Source: Sphagnum compactum
Taxonomy: Eukaryota
Assembly: GCA_965153455.1 (NCBI GenBank)
Contig: OZ234494.1
Coordinates: 7,192,001 to 7,256,000, forward strand
Reading direction: 5' to 3'
DNA length: 64,000 nt
The notes below the pieces were generated by a model. The model worked only from the letters and a program-made list of their open reading frames with translations. It ran no database searches and was not told the origin of the DNA. This document shows, one piece after another, positions 51,732-64,000 of the stretch (position 1 is its first letter; each line of letters begins with the position of its first letter). Both the position numbers and the translations under genes were made by a program.

Positions 51732-53629
51732 AGAAAGAATTCATAAATAAAAAACCAAAAATCAATGATCCATTGCACCAAAATCCTCAGGGCATAACTG
51801 GAGCCAATTGCACAAATAGGAAACATCAAACATCTTCCAACTTCTTGAAAGAGATGGATTGTCTTTCATTTGCATTAGAAATCAAGCCCACAGGTATTTG
51901 GACATCTGAAAATACAGCTTCCCCTCAGGAAAAAGTAAGGACACTTGCCTCTGCTTTGCTCAGTCTCACAGTCATCACCCGGACCATCTCTAACATTCAC
52001 AGACACTTCCAGTCTCTTTGGGAAATTCTTGGTGCTGATGCTAAATGCTTGATCACATCTGCTGGACTGCATAGGTCAAGATGAAGAATAGTTTGGAAGG
52101 AGAAAAGTGGAGTTGATTACAAAACACTGCATAAGATCCATGATTGCTGAGGTATGAGTGCATCATGGCACATAAGACACCCACATGAACAGTTTTTGCA
52201 ACCCCAGTTGTACAACATGACACTAATCTAACCATGACAACCTGGTCATAGTCATCCCAGGCACTGCATAAAGACATTATTCGCATCCTACAGCTTAAAT
52301 ATATGAAATCAAGCTCCTTGATGTCAGGTCATAAATTGCAAGGATAGCTTCCAGGCACAAAAAGCCTCAAATTTCAATATGATTGAGGACATTCAAATCA
52401 AAGATTCCAGAAACTTGTTGATTGCTTGGCGCTCAGTAAACTGCCATGATAAAGAAACACCTCACCACACATGCCAACTGACTAAGTGGACCAACCTAAA
52501 ACAGGGTAGAGACATAAATGGAACATCATAGTAATCATCACGTATACCAAGCTACAAAACAAGTAGGACAGACTGCATAAAATTGTATAGTGGAGGTAGA
52601 ACTTGAGATGACTTGAGGACAACTTCAATTTCCACAAGTTCCTAACTCTCACAAAACCATGGATTACTTGCCTATCACCTAGCATATTGTACACTCAGGC
52701 TCTTCAACAAGTCAATTTTCACATTCTGCTGGTACCATCCAACCTCACATCTGGTTTATGCCTCTGCACATTAATTGTGTAGAAATGATGTATGCATACC
52801 AAAGCATTGCAGCTTAAGGTTGGTCACACAAATCATTTTACCACTAGCACATAAGCTTGGCCAGTAGGGTATGAATCGAAAAGACCTAATGTACACAACC
52901 AGAGCTTCAGGCACTACGATTCTTAGCCCATGCCACAACCATAAGATTCAAGGAGGCCATTGTCAACAATTTTGCTCCCACGTACGTATTACTTTCACAT
53001 GAATGCATGAGCCCAATATCCCGCGAGCTCTCACCAGTGATAGGGAAGTACACTGTAATGATCTTGGTGGGGTGGGGCAGTCATGTAAATGTCAATGAGC
53101 TTGCAGAGAAAAACTCCACAAAACACACTTTGACCAGTCATCAAGACTGAACTTCAAACAAAATTGCACAATCTCATTCCTATGGAGAATCCAGAAAAAT
53201 GTCGATGGTGGACTTTCATAAAGCAGACGTTTGGGGGCAAAATAGCTACGTACAAGGAATTAGGTCATGAGGAAAGGAATAGCATTAGTAGCAAAAGACA
53301 GACAGTAGACTCAAGAAACTGTAGGCTACCAAGAATTCACAAAAAGAATTATAAATGCAACTAAGTTTTCGCCCCGCCCCTTAGAAGATGCAGCAATTAC
53401 TTGAGGGAACAAAACAATTCTTCTCTTATCATGGGTGAAGCTTCTTTTGACATGATTTTCACGTAATTGGCGAAAGGCGGAAAGAAAAAGTACTGACCAA
53501 GCGCCCAAACCCAGAACAAGTTGCTAGCTCTACCATGTCTGTCGTTGAGGGGCTGCAACCTTGGCTTCCCAAACTTGGTGCGCAATGTAATCGAGAAACA
53601 CCGCACGCGCGCAAACATTCATCACACAC

Positions 53630-53690
53630 ACAACAAGCCCATAACCCTAGTAGCTACTAATTCGTAGGTGCCCAAATAAACCCTAATTCC
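53630..53690 (+). promoter_or_regulatory. Telo-box and site II-like motifs in the divergent FKBP20-2/CSN5 intergenic region
   Basis: AAACCCTAA at 53678-53686 with nearby AGCCCA and GCCCAAA, about 400 bp upstream of the CSN5 ATG. Confidence 0.4.
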
Positions 53691-54080
53691 GAAGTCCGAA
53701 GTAAAGGGCGAGCGGGAGCCAGGGGTGGAGAGATGTGGTTTCTCCACGCTGAGTTTTCTAGATTTAGATTGTTGGTCGCAGGGTTCGGCAGCTGAGAGTA
53801 GGAGTTTTTACTAGGAAGTGGTGCGTACATTTGGGTGGAAGGAAGAAAAAAACTTTGTTGAAGTTTTTTTTGGAGCTTTGCTGAAGATCTGTGAGAGATA
53901 CAGGAAGAACGAGAAAGTCGATACTCTTTTATTCAGTGCTATTTGGTGATGTAGTTAGAGAGGGAATCGCGATTCTTGCAAGGATAGTGGGGAAGGGGAG
54001 CGTAACAGAAAGAGTAAGTGGGAGAAAGTTTTAAGAGACAGGACAGAACGGAGTGGGAAAGGGAGAGAGCGAAGGAAGAG

Positions 54081-56438
54081 ATGGAGGCGTCCACGTCATC
54101 GGCGGCAGTGGCCAGGCAGACGTGGGAAATCGAGAATAACATTCCCATGGACACGCCGTCCGGCGACTCCGATGCGATTTTCGAGTACGACGAAGCGGCG
54201 CAGAGCGCCATTCTGCAGCAGAAGCCTTGGACTCGGGACCCTCACTACTTCAAGAATGTGAAAATCTCCGCCCTTGCACTCCTCAAGGTACTTACTATTC
54301 CTGAGCTCTCAAAATAGATTTCGAAGATTTGCACGCTAGTCCTTTGCTTCAGTAATTCATAGGGCCCGTCTTAACCCTAATTCAAGCACAATTTTGCATT
54401 CGTGTGCCAATTTCTTTGACCAGAAATTTCCATATGCGTTTCCCATACGGTACTCAATCCTAGTCTTGCTAGCTGTTCCTAAAGAGAGAATGTCCTGTTG
54501 TGGATTGTGAAGATGGTAGTGCATGCACGATCTGGAGGCACTATTGAAATCATGGGTCTCATGCAAGGCAAGACAGATGGCGATACTATTATCATAATGG
54601 ATGCATTTGCATTGCCTGTTGAAGGGACAGAAACCCGCGTCAATGCACAGGCTGATGCCTATGAGTACATGGTCCAATACTCACAGACTAATAAACAGGT
54701 CAGTTTTTCATTTGAGTAGCAACAAATGGAATAGCCTGTTCGTGCTTGCTTGAGGCCAAATGATGCTGTCTCTGCAGTAGCTCAGGAATGCTATAGTTAA
54801 TATGAATGCATTGCTGTTGGAACAGGTTGGAAGGCTGGAGAATGTAGTTGGGTGGTACCATTCACACCCTGGCTACGGCTGCTGGCTTTCAGGCATTGAT
54901 GTCTCAACACAGATGCTGAATCAGACATACCAGGAGCCCTTTCTGGCAGTTGTGATTGACCCTACTCGCACAGTATCAGCAGGGAAAGTGGAGATTGGTG
55001 CCTTTCGAACATATCCGCAGGGTTACAAGCCTCCAGATGAGCCACCATCTGAATACCAAACCATTCCTCTTAACAAGATTGAAGATTTTGGTGTGCATTA
55101 CAAACAGGTCAGAGAACACCTTTTGTGGATTACTGGTGACTGATATCCAGGAGACAAAGTAGGACTCACTGTAAGTTTTGTTGCATTGGTGAAAGCCCAT
55201 TCTAAGTAGAATCACCAGGTGGAAAGTATGGAAAACTACAATTGAAAAGCCCTCCTGTTTGGGTTGCAGTACTATTCTTTGGACATAACATACTTCAAGT
55301 CAACATTGGATTCACACCTGCTAGACCTTCTATGGAACAAATATTGGGTTAACACCCTTTCATCATCGCCTCTGCTTGGTAACCGTGATTATGTTGCAGG
55401 TCAAGTGGCTGATCTTGGTAAGCACACCTCTCTTCAACACTCATGTTTTGGTCTCAGCTTAGAATTTTCTTGAATAAGTGATTTTGCTATCATCAGTTAT
55501 TTATAGAGCTCATATCTTATCAGAGTATCTACTGGATATTATTCTGCAATGACAGATCTGTAAGCAGATTGCCAGTTTTGTCAAAAAGGTAGATTATTGT
55601 GAACGTTTGTGCTGTAGAAAGTTCAGGTTGACTATAAACCCTTAACTTGTGTTAGGATGATACCCTTCAGACTCTCAATTGCAGTTGTGCACCTTCAAAG
55701 ATGGCATTTGTCGGAAGCCTAATATTGTTGCATCACTGCAAAACCCACTTGTAGTGAGACTGTATACATTTGAGGTCTAAAGGTAGATTGCTTTTTTATT
55801 TTGTGACAGCTGAGAAGCTAGAGCAAGCTGAGAGCCAACTAGCACACTCAGGGCGTATGGGAGGTTTTTTCATGCCTGTTCAACGTAAAAAGGAGGTATG
55901 GAAGGCTATTGACCCTTCTGCCATCAGTTATGTGTTTGCTGCTTGTTCTTTGTGCTCAATAAGAATTTTCCCTGAACATATGTCAAAACAGAGTTGTTTG
56001 CTACATATGGTTTGGTGGCTTGGAACAGGAAGAGTCACAGCTTGCCAAAATCTCACGAGACAGCTCCAAGATCACTGTTGAGCAGTTGCATGGTCTGATG
56101 TCACAGGTGAAAATTCCTTCATCATAGCATTGAATGCATTTATGTGCTTTATTTTTTAAATGCTGCATCCTTATGGATCAGTCTACAACTAAAAGGAAGT
56201 TGCTGAAACATGTTTGGAAAAGAAATTTCCATCTCTGTCAAGGATGAGATCTTTCCCACCACAGTAGTTTGGGCATGATGCAACAAGAGCATGCAGAGCT
56301 AGTGCCACTGACACAGATTGTCATGTGTTTATGCTGCAGGTCATCAAGGACACATTGTTTAATTCAGTGACACCAGCAACCACAGCTCTTGGTTTGAGTC
56401 TGGATATGTCAGGACCTGAACCTATGGTGGAGACATAG
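54081..56438 (+). CDS. CSN5: COP9 signalosome subunit 5 (JAMM/MPN+ deneddylase)
   Basis: Exons 54081-54287, 54513-54698, 54826-55107, 55270-55417, 55810-55895, 56029-56106 and 56340-56438 join in frame: [29 protein letters not shown]...[19 protein letters not shown] (intact JAMM motif)...[16 protein letters not shown]...GPEPMVET*. Confidence 0.97.
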
Positions 56439-57054
56439 TACTTTGACACATTGATAGATTGTGCTGTGAATCACAACACTATATTGAGGGATGGGACTGC
56501 TGGACATCTTTTGTGGTGTCAAAGAACAATGTTATGTTTTAAAACAGACTTCAAGATCAGCACTTTATGTAAGTGAGCTTGAACATGTGTGGTGTCATCT
56601 CCTGATATTTGCTCATGACACTAGACACATTACTATTGGTACATCTCTTGCAACAAGATTATGCTGGAAGACTTTTGTTGCAGGTAGAACATTCAAATTT
56701 AGTAGTGCAACTTGCTGGCAGTAGATTCCAGCTTTCCTACTTCACATTTCAAACAGTTTCTTGTCTACTATAACAGCATCAAAGATGGAACTCATTAACT
56801 TGAACAGCAAGGAAATGTGTCAAGAAGTAGCCACAGATGTTAAAGCATTAAATTGCAACAATCTGTAATAGTGCATACACAATTTCTGTGGTATGTTTTT
56901 GGCATAAAAGATAGCTCCATCCTTTGGATGGAGTTTCTGTATATATCATACATGGTAGCTTATGGTCTGATTTCAACTCAAAAAGGATCTAGACTATCCA
57001 ACTGAGTAACATTTGCACTTAATTTTCACCCTAATGTAAAGCTAGACACAAGTT

Positions 57055-60000
57055 CTAAATCACTGTTCCAGGCACAATTGTTGAGTTCTTCAAGATAATT
57101 GTGATGCCAGATCGGATGTAGAACCCTTCCTTTGGTCTTGCAGCTTCTAGCACACCCTGCAAAAAGCAATGTTTAATACCCTTCACAAAATTAGCCTCTC
57201 GGTGATGGTTGCCTAATTACTTTCCTTCTTCCCTTCACTCGTGGAAGAAGTAAATAGAGTACACAATCTTGAATGAGATTCTTTCCACTTGTACAGTTTG
57301 TTGAATATCAATGGCATCTACATATAACGCACATGAGTGTCATGAAGGTAGAGTTCATATAGTGCATCCTGTGTATGACCCTTTGATCACATGAAGGTCG
57401 AGAGCAATTACTCTAATACACACTTGATTTAGTGGCAAGGAGTTTAGGAACATACATCAGTGTTTGCAATGACCACATTATGGCCAATTCTTGCGTTCTT
57501 GTCAACTATACAATTGCTGCAATCAACCAATTTGATGTGTATCGTTAGCAGTTTGCCCCACTTAAAAATTCAAAGTGCCATTTTTTCTTTGTAAGGAGCC
57601 CACCAAATTCTGAAAGCCCAGGCATTTTATGATTGACCATGTACAAAATAGCCAAGAACAATTTCTTCTTCTGTATTCTATTATGTTTGCATGGAAAATA
57701 AAATAACAATAGCAATCCCAAATAAAGTCCAGCCAGTTGGTTTCAGCAGCACACTAATGCACAAAACACTTCACTAAATCTGGAAGCTACAGATATGACT
57801 GATAGGTAATGTCAGGTTCAATTAATTTCTTCAATATATATTCTATTAGGAAAAATATGAGAGACTCTACTCCTCACTTATCCTGAGAGTTAACAGAGCA
57901 GCAAGTTCATGAGTTAGCTCTCAAATTGAAATATATTTCAACATACAACCACAAAATTTATTGAGATTTCAGACTTCTCCTCCAAGAAGAAAACATGATT
58001 TACAACTCAGATCCAGGGTCTGGTCAGGATTGCAGACCTTATTCTTGTGTTCTCTCCAACACCCAGAGGAACCTTGCCCTCGCCCAACATGGTGGACATC
58101 TCCACCTCTGTCTCATAGGTATCAGCACCCATCATCACAGTGTCCTGCAATTTTTACCCTCTCAAGGTCAGAAGGAACAGATCACAAACTCGCAAAACTT
58201 TGTACTTTTGTATGCAATCAAACTGAAGCACTGCACAGATGGAATGCAGGTCACATCAATGGTGACAACTTTGGTGTTTCCCTTCATACCTTCAACTGAA
58301 CTCCACCTTCAAGTCGAGATCGAACTCCAACAACTGAATGCTCGACACTGCATTCTCTCAGAAAACAACCATGGGAGATAATAGAGTCCTTGACCTGCAC
58401 AAATCATAAGGATACAAGATAAACCTTATTGATTCTCATTGTTCCAACTCCAGATTTTGCAAACACAGAGAGTACTTAGAAGAAGATTCCATATTTCCCT
58501 TTTGTAGTTCCATTTCAGCATGTGTACAGAAGTCAGGAGAATGCCCCGTACTAACCCTGCATCTTTCTATCTTGGTTGGTGGAAGATATCGAGGTGATGT
58601 GAAGGTAGGCTTTGCAGCATCATAGAAGCTAAATTTGGGTGGCTGCCAAAACCACATCAAACACCAAATGCATCAATTTTCAATGTTCCGAACAAGAGCA
58701 GTCCAATCCGCACAAGCTGCTTTGACTGAGTGGAAAAGGCAAGCAGGAATACCTGCACTGTAAGAGCTAAGTTTGCATCAAAGAAGGACTTGATGGTGCC
58801 AATGTCTTCCCAGTAATCCCTGAAGAGGTAGGCCTGTCAATGCAAGAAACAATTAGTCTCTCATAATCACTCAAAAGACATCACAACATCTCAATGCTTG
58901 TCAGCCACCTCTAATGAGTCAATCTGATGAGAGCCATCTTTCATTGCAAGAAATGCCACACCTGAACATTAAATTCATTGACAGATGCAGGTATGATCTC
59001 AGCTGCGAAGTCATTTGCACTTGGGTAACGCCATCTGTGTCAGTTATGTACCATGTCAGAATGACCAAGTTGATGAGGAATCATCAGGACCCCAAAACTC
59101 ACTGTAATACATCCTCAACAAGCAACTGAGCTGAAGTCTATAACAAAGTGATCCATGACAGACCTCAAGAGCTTGAGAAGGACCCATTTCTTGAAGACAT
59201 AAATGCCCATGGATGCAATGAATGGCTTCCTTCTCGCCTCATTTGGAGAGAGCCCCAATACTGTAGCATCCACTTGCTGCAAAACCACAACCTCCATTAA
59301 CTCTCCTCATTAACTGGAAACACTACTTTCTTGAACCAGGCTTCCAATGGAGGATATTTTAAGCAGTTGAATTTGCATGTTCCAGACAATGCAGACATAC
59401 CATAGAAGTCAGACTTTCACGTCGGGGCTTCTCGTTGAATTGAATAACCTGCCCTTCATTGTTAATCTTCATCAATGGGTATTCTGCTGCATGGCTGTCA
59501 CTCCACCCACATATATTACTATCAATGCACAGCTTCCATGACTCAACCTGACTGACAAATATTTGTTCGCAGATGGAAGAGCTGAAAGGAGGGATAGCAG
59601 CAAGTGTACCTGTAGTCCATTGGCACACATGCAACAGTGACATCTGCATCTGTGTCCTTGTGTCTCTGCAAATTCATGAGATGTCATCACAAAATTAGAC
59701 ATTTACAAAATCATCAAACAATGTATTATTCTCAATACCAAACAACTCTTGTATATGATCTCATGTAAGTGCTTCTTGTACAACAAGATAGAAAAGGAGG
59801 ACTAACAGGCTGGACTACAAACCTGGACAAACTTCAAGTAATCCATACGGTACAGATGATCCCCTGACAGAATGATGACATCCTCCACATCCTTGTTCTT
59901 AACATCCTGTAAACACAAACAATACACTCTGGTCATGTTATTTCTCAGTCAAATCCGACAAAATAAGAAACAGTCGTTTGTGACTATGGTAGAAAAGTAA

Positions 60001-61612
60001 TTTGATCAAACAATAAAACCACTTACCTCAAACAACCACATGTATTGCCTAACTGCATCAGCTGTTCCTTGGAACCAGCAGTCCTGGCCACCTACCCCAG
60101 GTCTCTGTGTTGCTGCCAAGACCTGTCACAGTGTACGACAGCTCGTATGAAGACCGCAAAATTTGACTGTATTCTAGTGCAGTGTGGCAGCACAGTGATC
60201 TTCCAACAAAGTAGATTGTGCCCAAAACCTTTCTGTCCTTCATGTTCCTATTGAAAAGAATTCATGAATACATGATAGATTGGAGCTCGTAGTCAATGCA
60301 CATACCTCCACATATCCATTGCCAAAGTTTACACCATTGCCAAAATTGTATGTGTGTGCAAGGTGACGGTTGAGGGACGTTGAATTATACTGGGTGAGAA
60401 TGTAGATCTTGTTGATCCCACTGTTGATGCAATTGCTCATGGGCACATCAATTAGTCGATATGAACCTCCAATTGGCACCTGGTCACAGCAGGGTCTAAG
60501 CTTTTCAATCTCTTAAGAAGTGATCCAAAAAATCTGATGTAGTTGGCTTTGAACAGTAAAAGAAAAGGCAACTACTTTGGACATCTCTTCACCACTCTGC
60601 TCCAGGGTGGATTCTTCCCAACAGAGGAGGAAAGTTTCAGAGAACCTGAAGAAGTAGAACTTACAGCAGGTGTTGCACGTTGGAGTGTGAGTGGGTTGAG
60701 ACGTTTGCCTGCTCCACCTCCCAGGATTATGGAAAACACTGTATTGGGGTTTGCTAACTTCTTCACTTTCTGCTCCCTTGGTGCAACCTGCTTGTTTTAG
60801 ACAATAACTGCATCTGGTCAGACCAAGGGAAGCTGCAACTGTTCACTATGAAGCAATAACTTCAGCAAATCTTGAGCTCAATGGAAAGAATAGACACCAA
60901 GGAAGATGCACCAACAATCTCTTCTGAGGCCAATTTCATGTCACAAGCCCATAATCTGCTTTGAGACTGATTTCATGTGACAAGAAGCATGAGCTTGGCA
61001 TGGATAACGATCATAGACCATCACCAAATTAGCTTAATTAGTTCACAATTCTTGATTCCCAACTTCACAAGTTTAGAATTTGCAAGTCTTTCAGATCATG
61101 AACACAAGACAGATTTACAGTATTAAAACCACACACACAAACCACCCATCAGAGAAAAATTCTCTATCCATGGAACTTCTATGGTTGCTCAGTATCTGGA
61201 GAATTTTTCACACATTTGCGTAGCACAAATTGTGTGATGGTTGTGCTATAGATAGATCAAGAACCCACAGAACCTGAACAGAGCAACAGACACAACAACA
61301 GTTCGGTTTTGGCCAGGATAGATAGGCTTTCAAGCTCACCACGGTCTCCATAGGAAAGTCAGCAAGTACTGATGAGACGACCAGGGATTGCTTCTTGGGT
61401 CTGATTCTCGACTGCGCTTTGCCTTTGAGGGAAGTGCATTGTCCCGTTTTCAGAAACCCATGAACAACTCTCTCACCCATGAAAGCAGAACCCCCCAGAT
61501 TGCAAACCTGCTGCTTCTGTTGCTGCTGCTGTTGTATGCCATTGCTCTCTCTTGCAGAAACAGGGACATTACACTGCCTCGGTACTAATGTACAACTCCC
61601 TGTGACTTCCAT
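57055..61612 (-). CDS. APL: ADP-glucose pyrophosphorylase large subunit, plastid-targeted
   Basis: 15 GT-AG exons: 61612-61340, ~60787-60665, 60479-60306, 60122-60027, 59906-59823, 59665-59610, 59494-59401, 59276-59164, 59034-58962, 58833-58753, 58642-58556, 58394-58290, 58144-58038, 57516-57456, 57156-57055. Motifs: [80 protein letters not shown]. Exon layout and C-terminus are large-subunit type. Confidence 0.96.
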
Positions 61613-61677
61613 CTCTACGCAATTGGCTGCAACCCAAAACCTCTCGCACCTCCCCAAACCCAAAAACCAAGAACCGC

Positions 61678-61681
<4 letters not shown>

Positions 61682-61721
<40 letters not shown>
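61682..61721. repeat. (CT)n/(GA)n microsatellite in the AGPase 5' leader; a second run lies at ~62196-62219
   Basis: Direct dinucleotide runs. Confidence 0.95.
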
Positions 61722-61723
<2 letters not shown>

Positions 61724-62239
61724 GTTCCACAACCACACACTCCCTTCGTCGATGTCTTCTCTCGTCCAACAATGCAACCTCAAAACTCCCCACGCTACCC
61801 AAAATCTCTGCTGTTCTCAAATGCTCTCTCTACTTGAAATTTGCAGTCACTTTCAAAGCAGCAAAGTCATAAATGCTCCACTTTGCTGCCGCTGCTATAG
61901 ATGTAAAACAAAGAAACAACGACAACAGCAACAGCTCAAACAGATTTTGAGATGTTGGGGGTTTATGGAATCCGTGCAAATTGGGTATCTGAAAAAAAAT
62001 CAATCAGCAAAAGATCAATCAGACTTGGGTTCTTTCAAAACAAAATACTTGTGAGCTCGGTGGGGAGCCAATTAATGAGTGTACAACAGTTGCAACAGAA
62101 TGGATGAGAAGAAAATTCGGAAAACAAGGTTTCTATGACAATGGGTTTGTGCAAAAGAAGCCACGGGTATAACATGTCCCCGTGACTCCTGCCGTTCTCT
62201 CTCTCTCTCTCTCTCTCTCGCGCAAATCCCTCCCTCTCA

Positions 62240-62490
62240 ACCCAAATTTTGCCACTTCCTCTCCCGTCTCTTGTAAGAAAATCCTTCCTTGCTGTCAACC
62301 CAATATTGTCACTCTCTCTCCCCTCTCTTGTAAGCAATTTGGGCCTCACTACCAGCTCCAAAAATTTGCCACTCTCTCCTTCTCCCTTCCCTTGTAAGAA
62401 ATTTGCTCCTAAATCCCAACTCACAAACAAATTTGCCACTCTTTCTCCCCTCTCTTTCTCCACAAATTTGCTCCTCACTCCCAACTAAGT
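62240..62490. repeat. Degenerate pyrimidine-rich tandem repeat upstream of AGPase
   Basis: AAATTTGCCACTCTCTC...CCCTCTCTTGTAAG(A/C)AA-like unit recurs about every 60 bp (about 4 copies). Confidence 0.6.
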
Positions 62491-64000
62491 TTTGGTACTC
62501 GCCTCTCCACTTCTGATGTCTTTATAAAACACCGCCTACACCCCTCTCTCTCTCTCTTCTATGTCACCAACAAAATAAAATCACACTCCAATGGCAAAAT
62601 CCAAAATAAGTAATATTTTAAGTACGTAACTTACCTGAAAATATATGTTTCAATAATTTATTGTATACTAAGGCCCCAAGAATGCAATATTCCTCTTAGT
62701 GGAAAGCCCCAGGGTGGGGGGGGGAAGGGGGAAAGGAATTCCCAAAATAAGGGACCTAGGACAAGGAGGCCATAGCCATGTCCAGCACCACAATTGGGGA
62801 ATGCCTCCCACCCATGGACTTTACCCAGCATCAAGTGTGAGAGGCCAAGGATATCATGAACCTAAAAAATATGTCCAAGTTTCAGCGGGGGAGGGGTTTT
62901 CATGGACCTAAGGGACCTAGGACGAACGAGGAAACCCTTCAACGACACTTAGGAAATTAAATTTCTCTAAGTGCTTTTTATGTGTAAGGTAAAAACCCTG
63001 GCGTCAAGGACCCCTTATTTCAGGAATGCCTCAGCCTAAGGGCACGCACGGGGGGCATTAAAATGTAAGTGTTTCACATGTAGGGTTAAAGCCCCAAGAG
63101 TGGTTAACATTCTCAAAATAATGGGCCTAGGACAAATAAGATCCATTCATCCCGCTCCTAATGAGTAGGTGCAAGACCCCTCCTCTTTTCTACTTAGGAA
63201 TATTGATGAATTACAAGGTGCCCACCAAACCAAATACGCTACGAAAATTCCTCAGCAAAAAAACTTTTTGGTCTACTTGGAGGACACATTATAAGAAGCA
63301 AAATGTATTCTCCACAAAAGGCATGGTGTTTTATACATGGAGTGTAGGGTAGACCAGCTCATCGTCGATCACCTGCCGATGACTGAACATTTATTTATAT
63401 TTTCATCGTATGTGCTTCATCTCGAGTGATTTAAAATATTATTATGGGAGCGCTACCTCAAGCTTTAGAAATCAGCTTTGAAATGCAAAGGAAAAGGAGT
63501 TATGAAAAAATAACAAGAAGAAAATAAGCTTTTCAACTTACAAAACACGTTTTTTTTGTTTTTCTTTTTTTTTGGAATTTTTTTTTTAAAAAAAAAACCT
63601 CATAACTTTTTTATTTCTTATTCATTTTAAATGATTTTAAAGTGCTATATGAGTGCCACCTGAAGTTCTACAAATCATCTTGGAACTCTAATAGCAATAG
63701 AGCAAACATATGAGGAATGTTTTGGGTGTTTGAGAACTGGCCTTTTTGGTGTTTGGGAACTGGCCTTTTTGGTGTTTGATGGTTTTTTTTTGAGTTCTTG
63801 ACCCCTTTACTTCGGGGGCCCAGAACTTTCTCATTGCTGATATTTTTCACCATCTTGTAATTTAAGTGTTAATCATTATGTTGAAGACCTTTGGATTGAG
63901 GGTCTATTTGTTGATTGTTTAATCTGATGTTAATTATCATGCAGCCAAGATACTGCAAAATCACAAACATTGCATTGCTTTGCAAATTTGTAGTTGGTTA

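Noticed and set aside
3422-61612. Functional cluster of plastid-targeted genes (FSD3, FKBP20-2, AGPase)
   Set aside because: Unrelated pathways, separated by tens of kb of TE DNA and interleaved with non-plastid genes; consistent with chance.
61479-62488. Long ORFs of 149-191 aa in the ORF track
   Set aside because: Products of (CT)n and (CAG)n low-complexity sequence and antisense frames of AGPase exon 1.
62660-63860. Possible MITE/repeat elements at the right end
   Set aside because: Repeat-like composition, but no TIR/TSD pair or coding motif could be established from this window.

Overview
Eukaryotic, intron-rich, AT-rich land-plant nuclear DNA. Gene divergence and repeat style suggest a bryophyte such as a peat moss; this is inference only. 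Host genes reconstructed from splice sites and translations are: the first coding exon of a CLC chloride/nitrate channel (-, runs off the left edge), an FSD3-type plastid Fe-superoxide dismutase (-), a group III bHLH-ACT transcription factor (-), thylakoid-lumen FKBP20-2 (-), COP9 signalosome subunit CSN5 (+) and a 15-exon ADP-glucose pyrophosphorylase large subunit (-). About 7-17.5 kb and 22.5-49.5 kb are nested, decayed transposon DNA: Ty3/gypsy pol, CACTA-type termini (one with a 3-bp TSD), hAT and Mutator-like transposase relics, and two short Helitrons. The most unusual content is enzyme cargo inside that TE DNA. It includes an intron-containing, bacterial-type beta-class N4-cytosine/N6-adenine DNA methyltransferase pseudogene (14.8-16.1 kb) lying back-to-back with two tandem FCP1/NIF-like HAD phosphatase pseudogenes, and a separate protein kinase pseudogene (32.3-34.0 kb) framed by hairpin-type subterminal repeats. 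All family calls rest on manual motif recognition; no database search was run.
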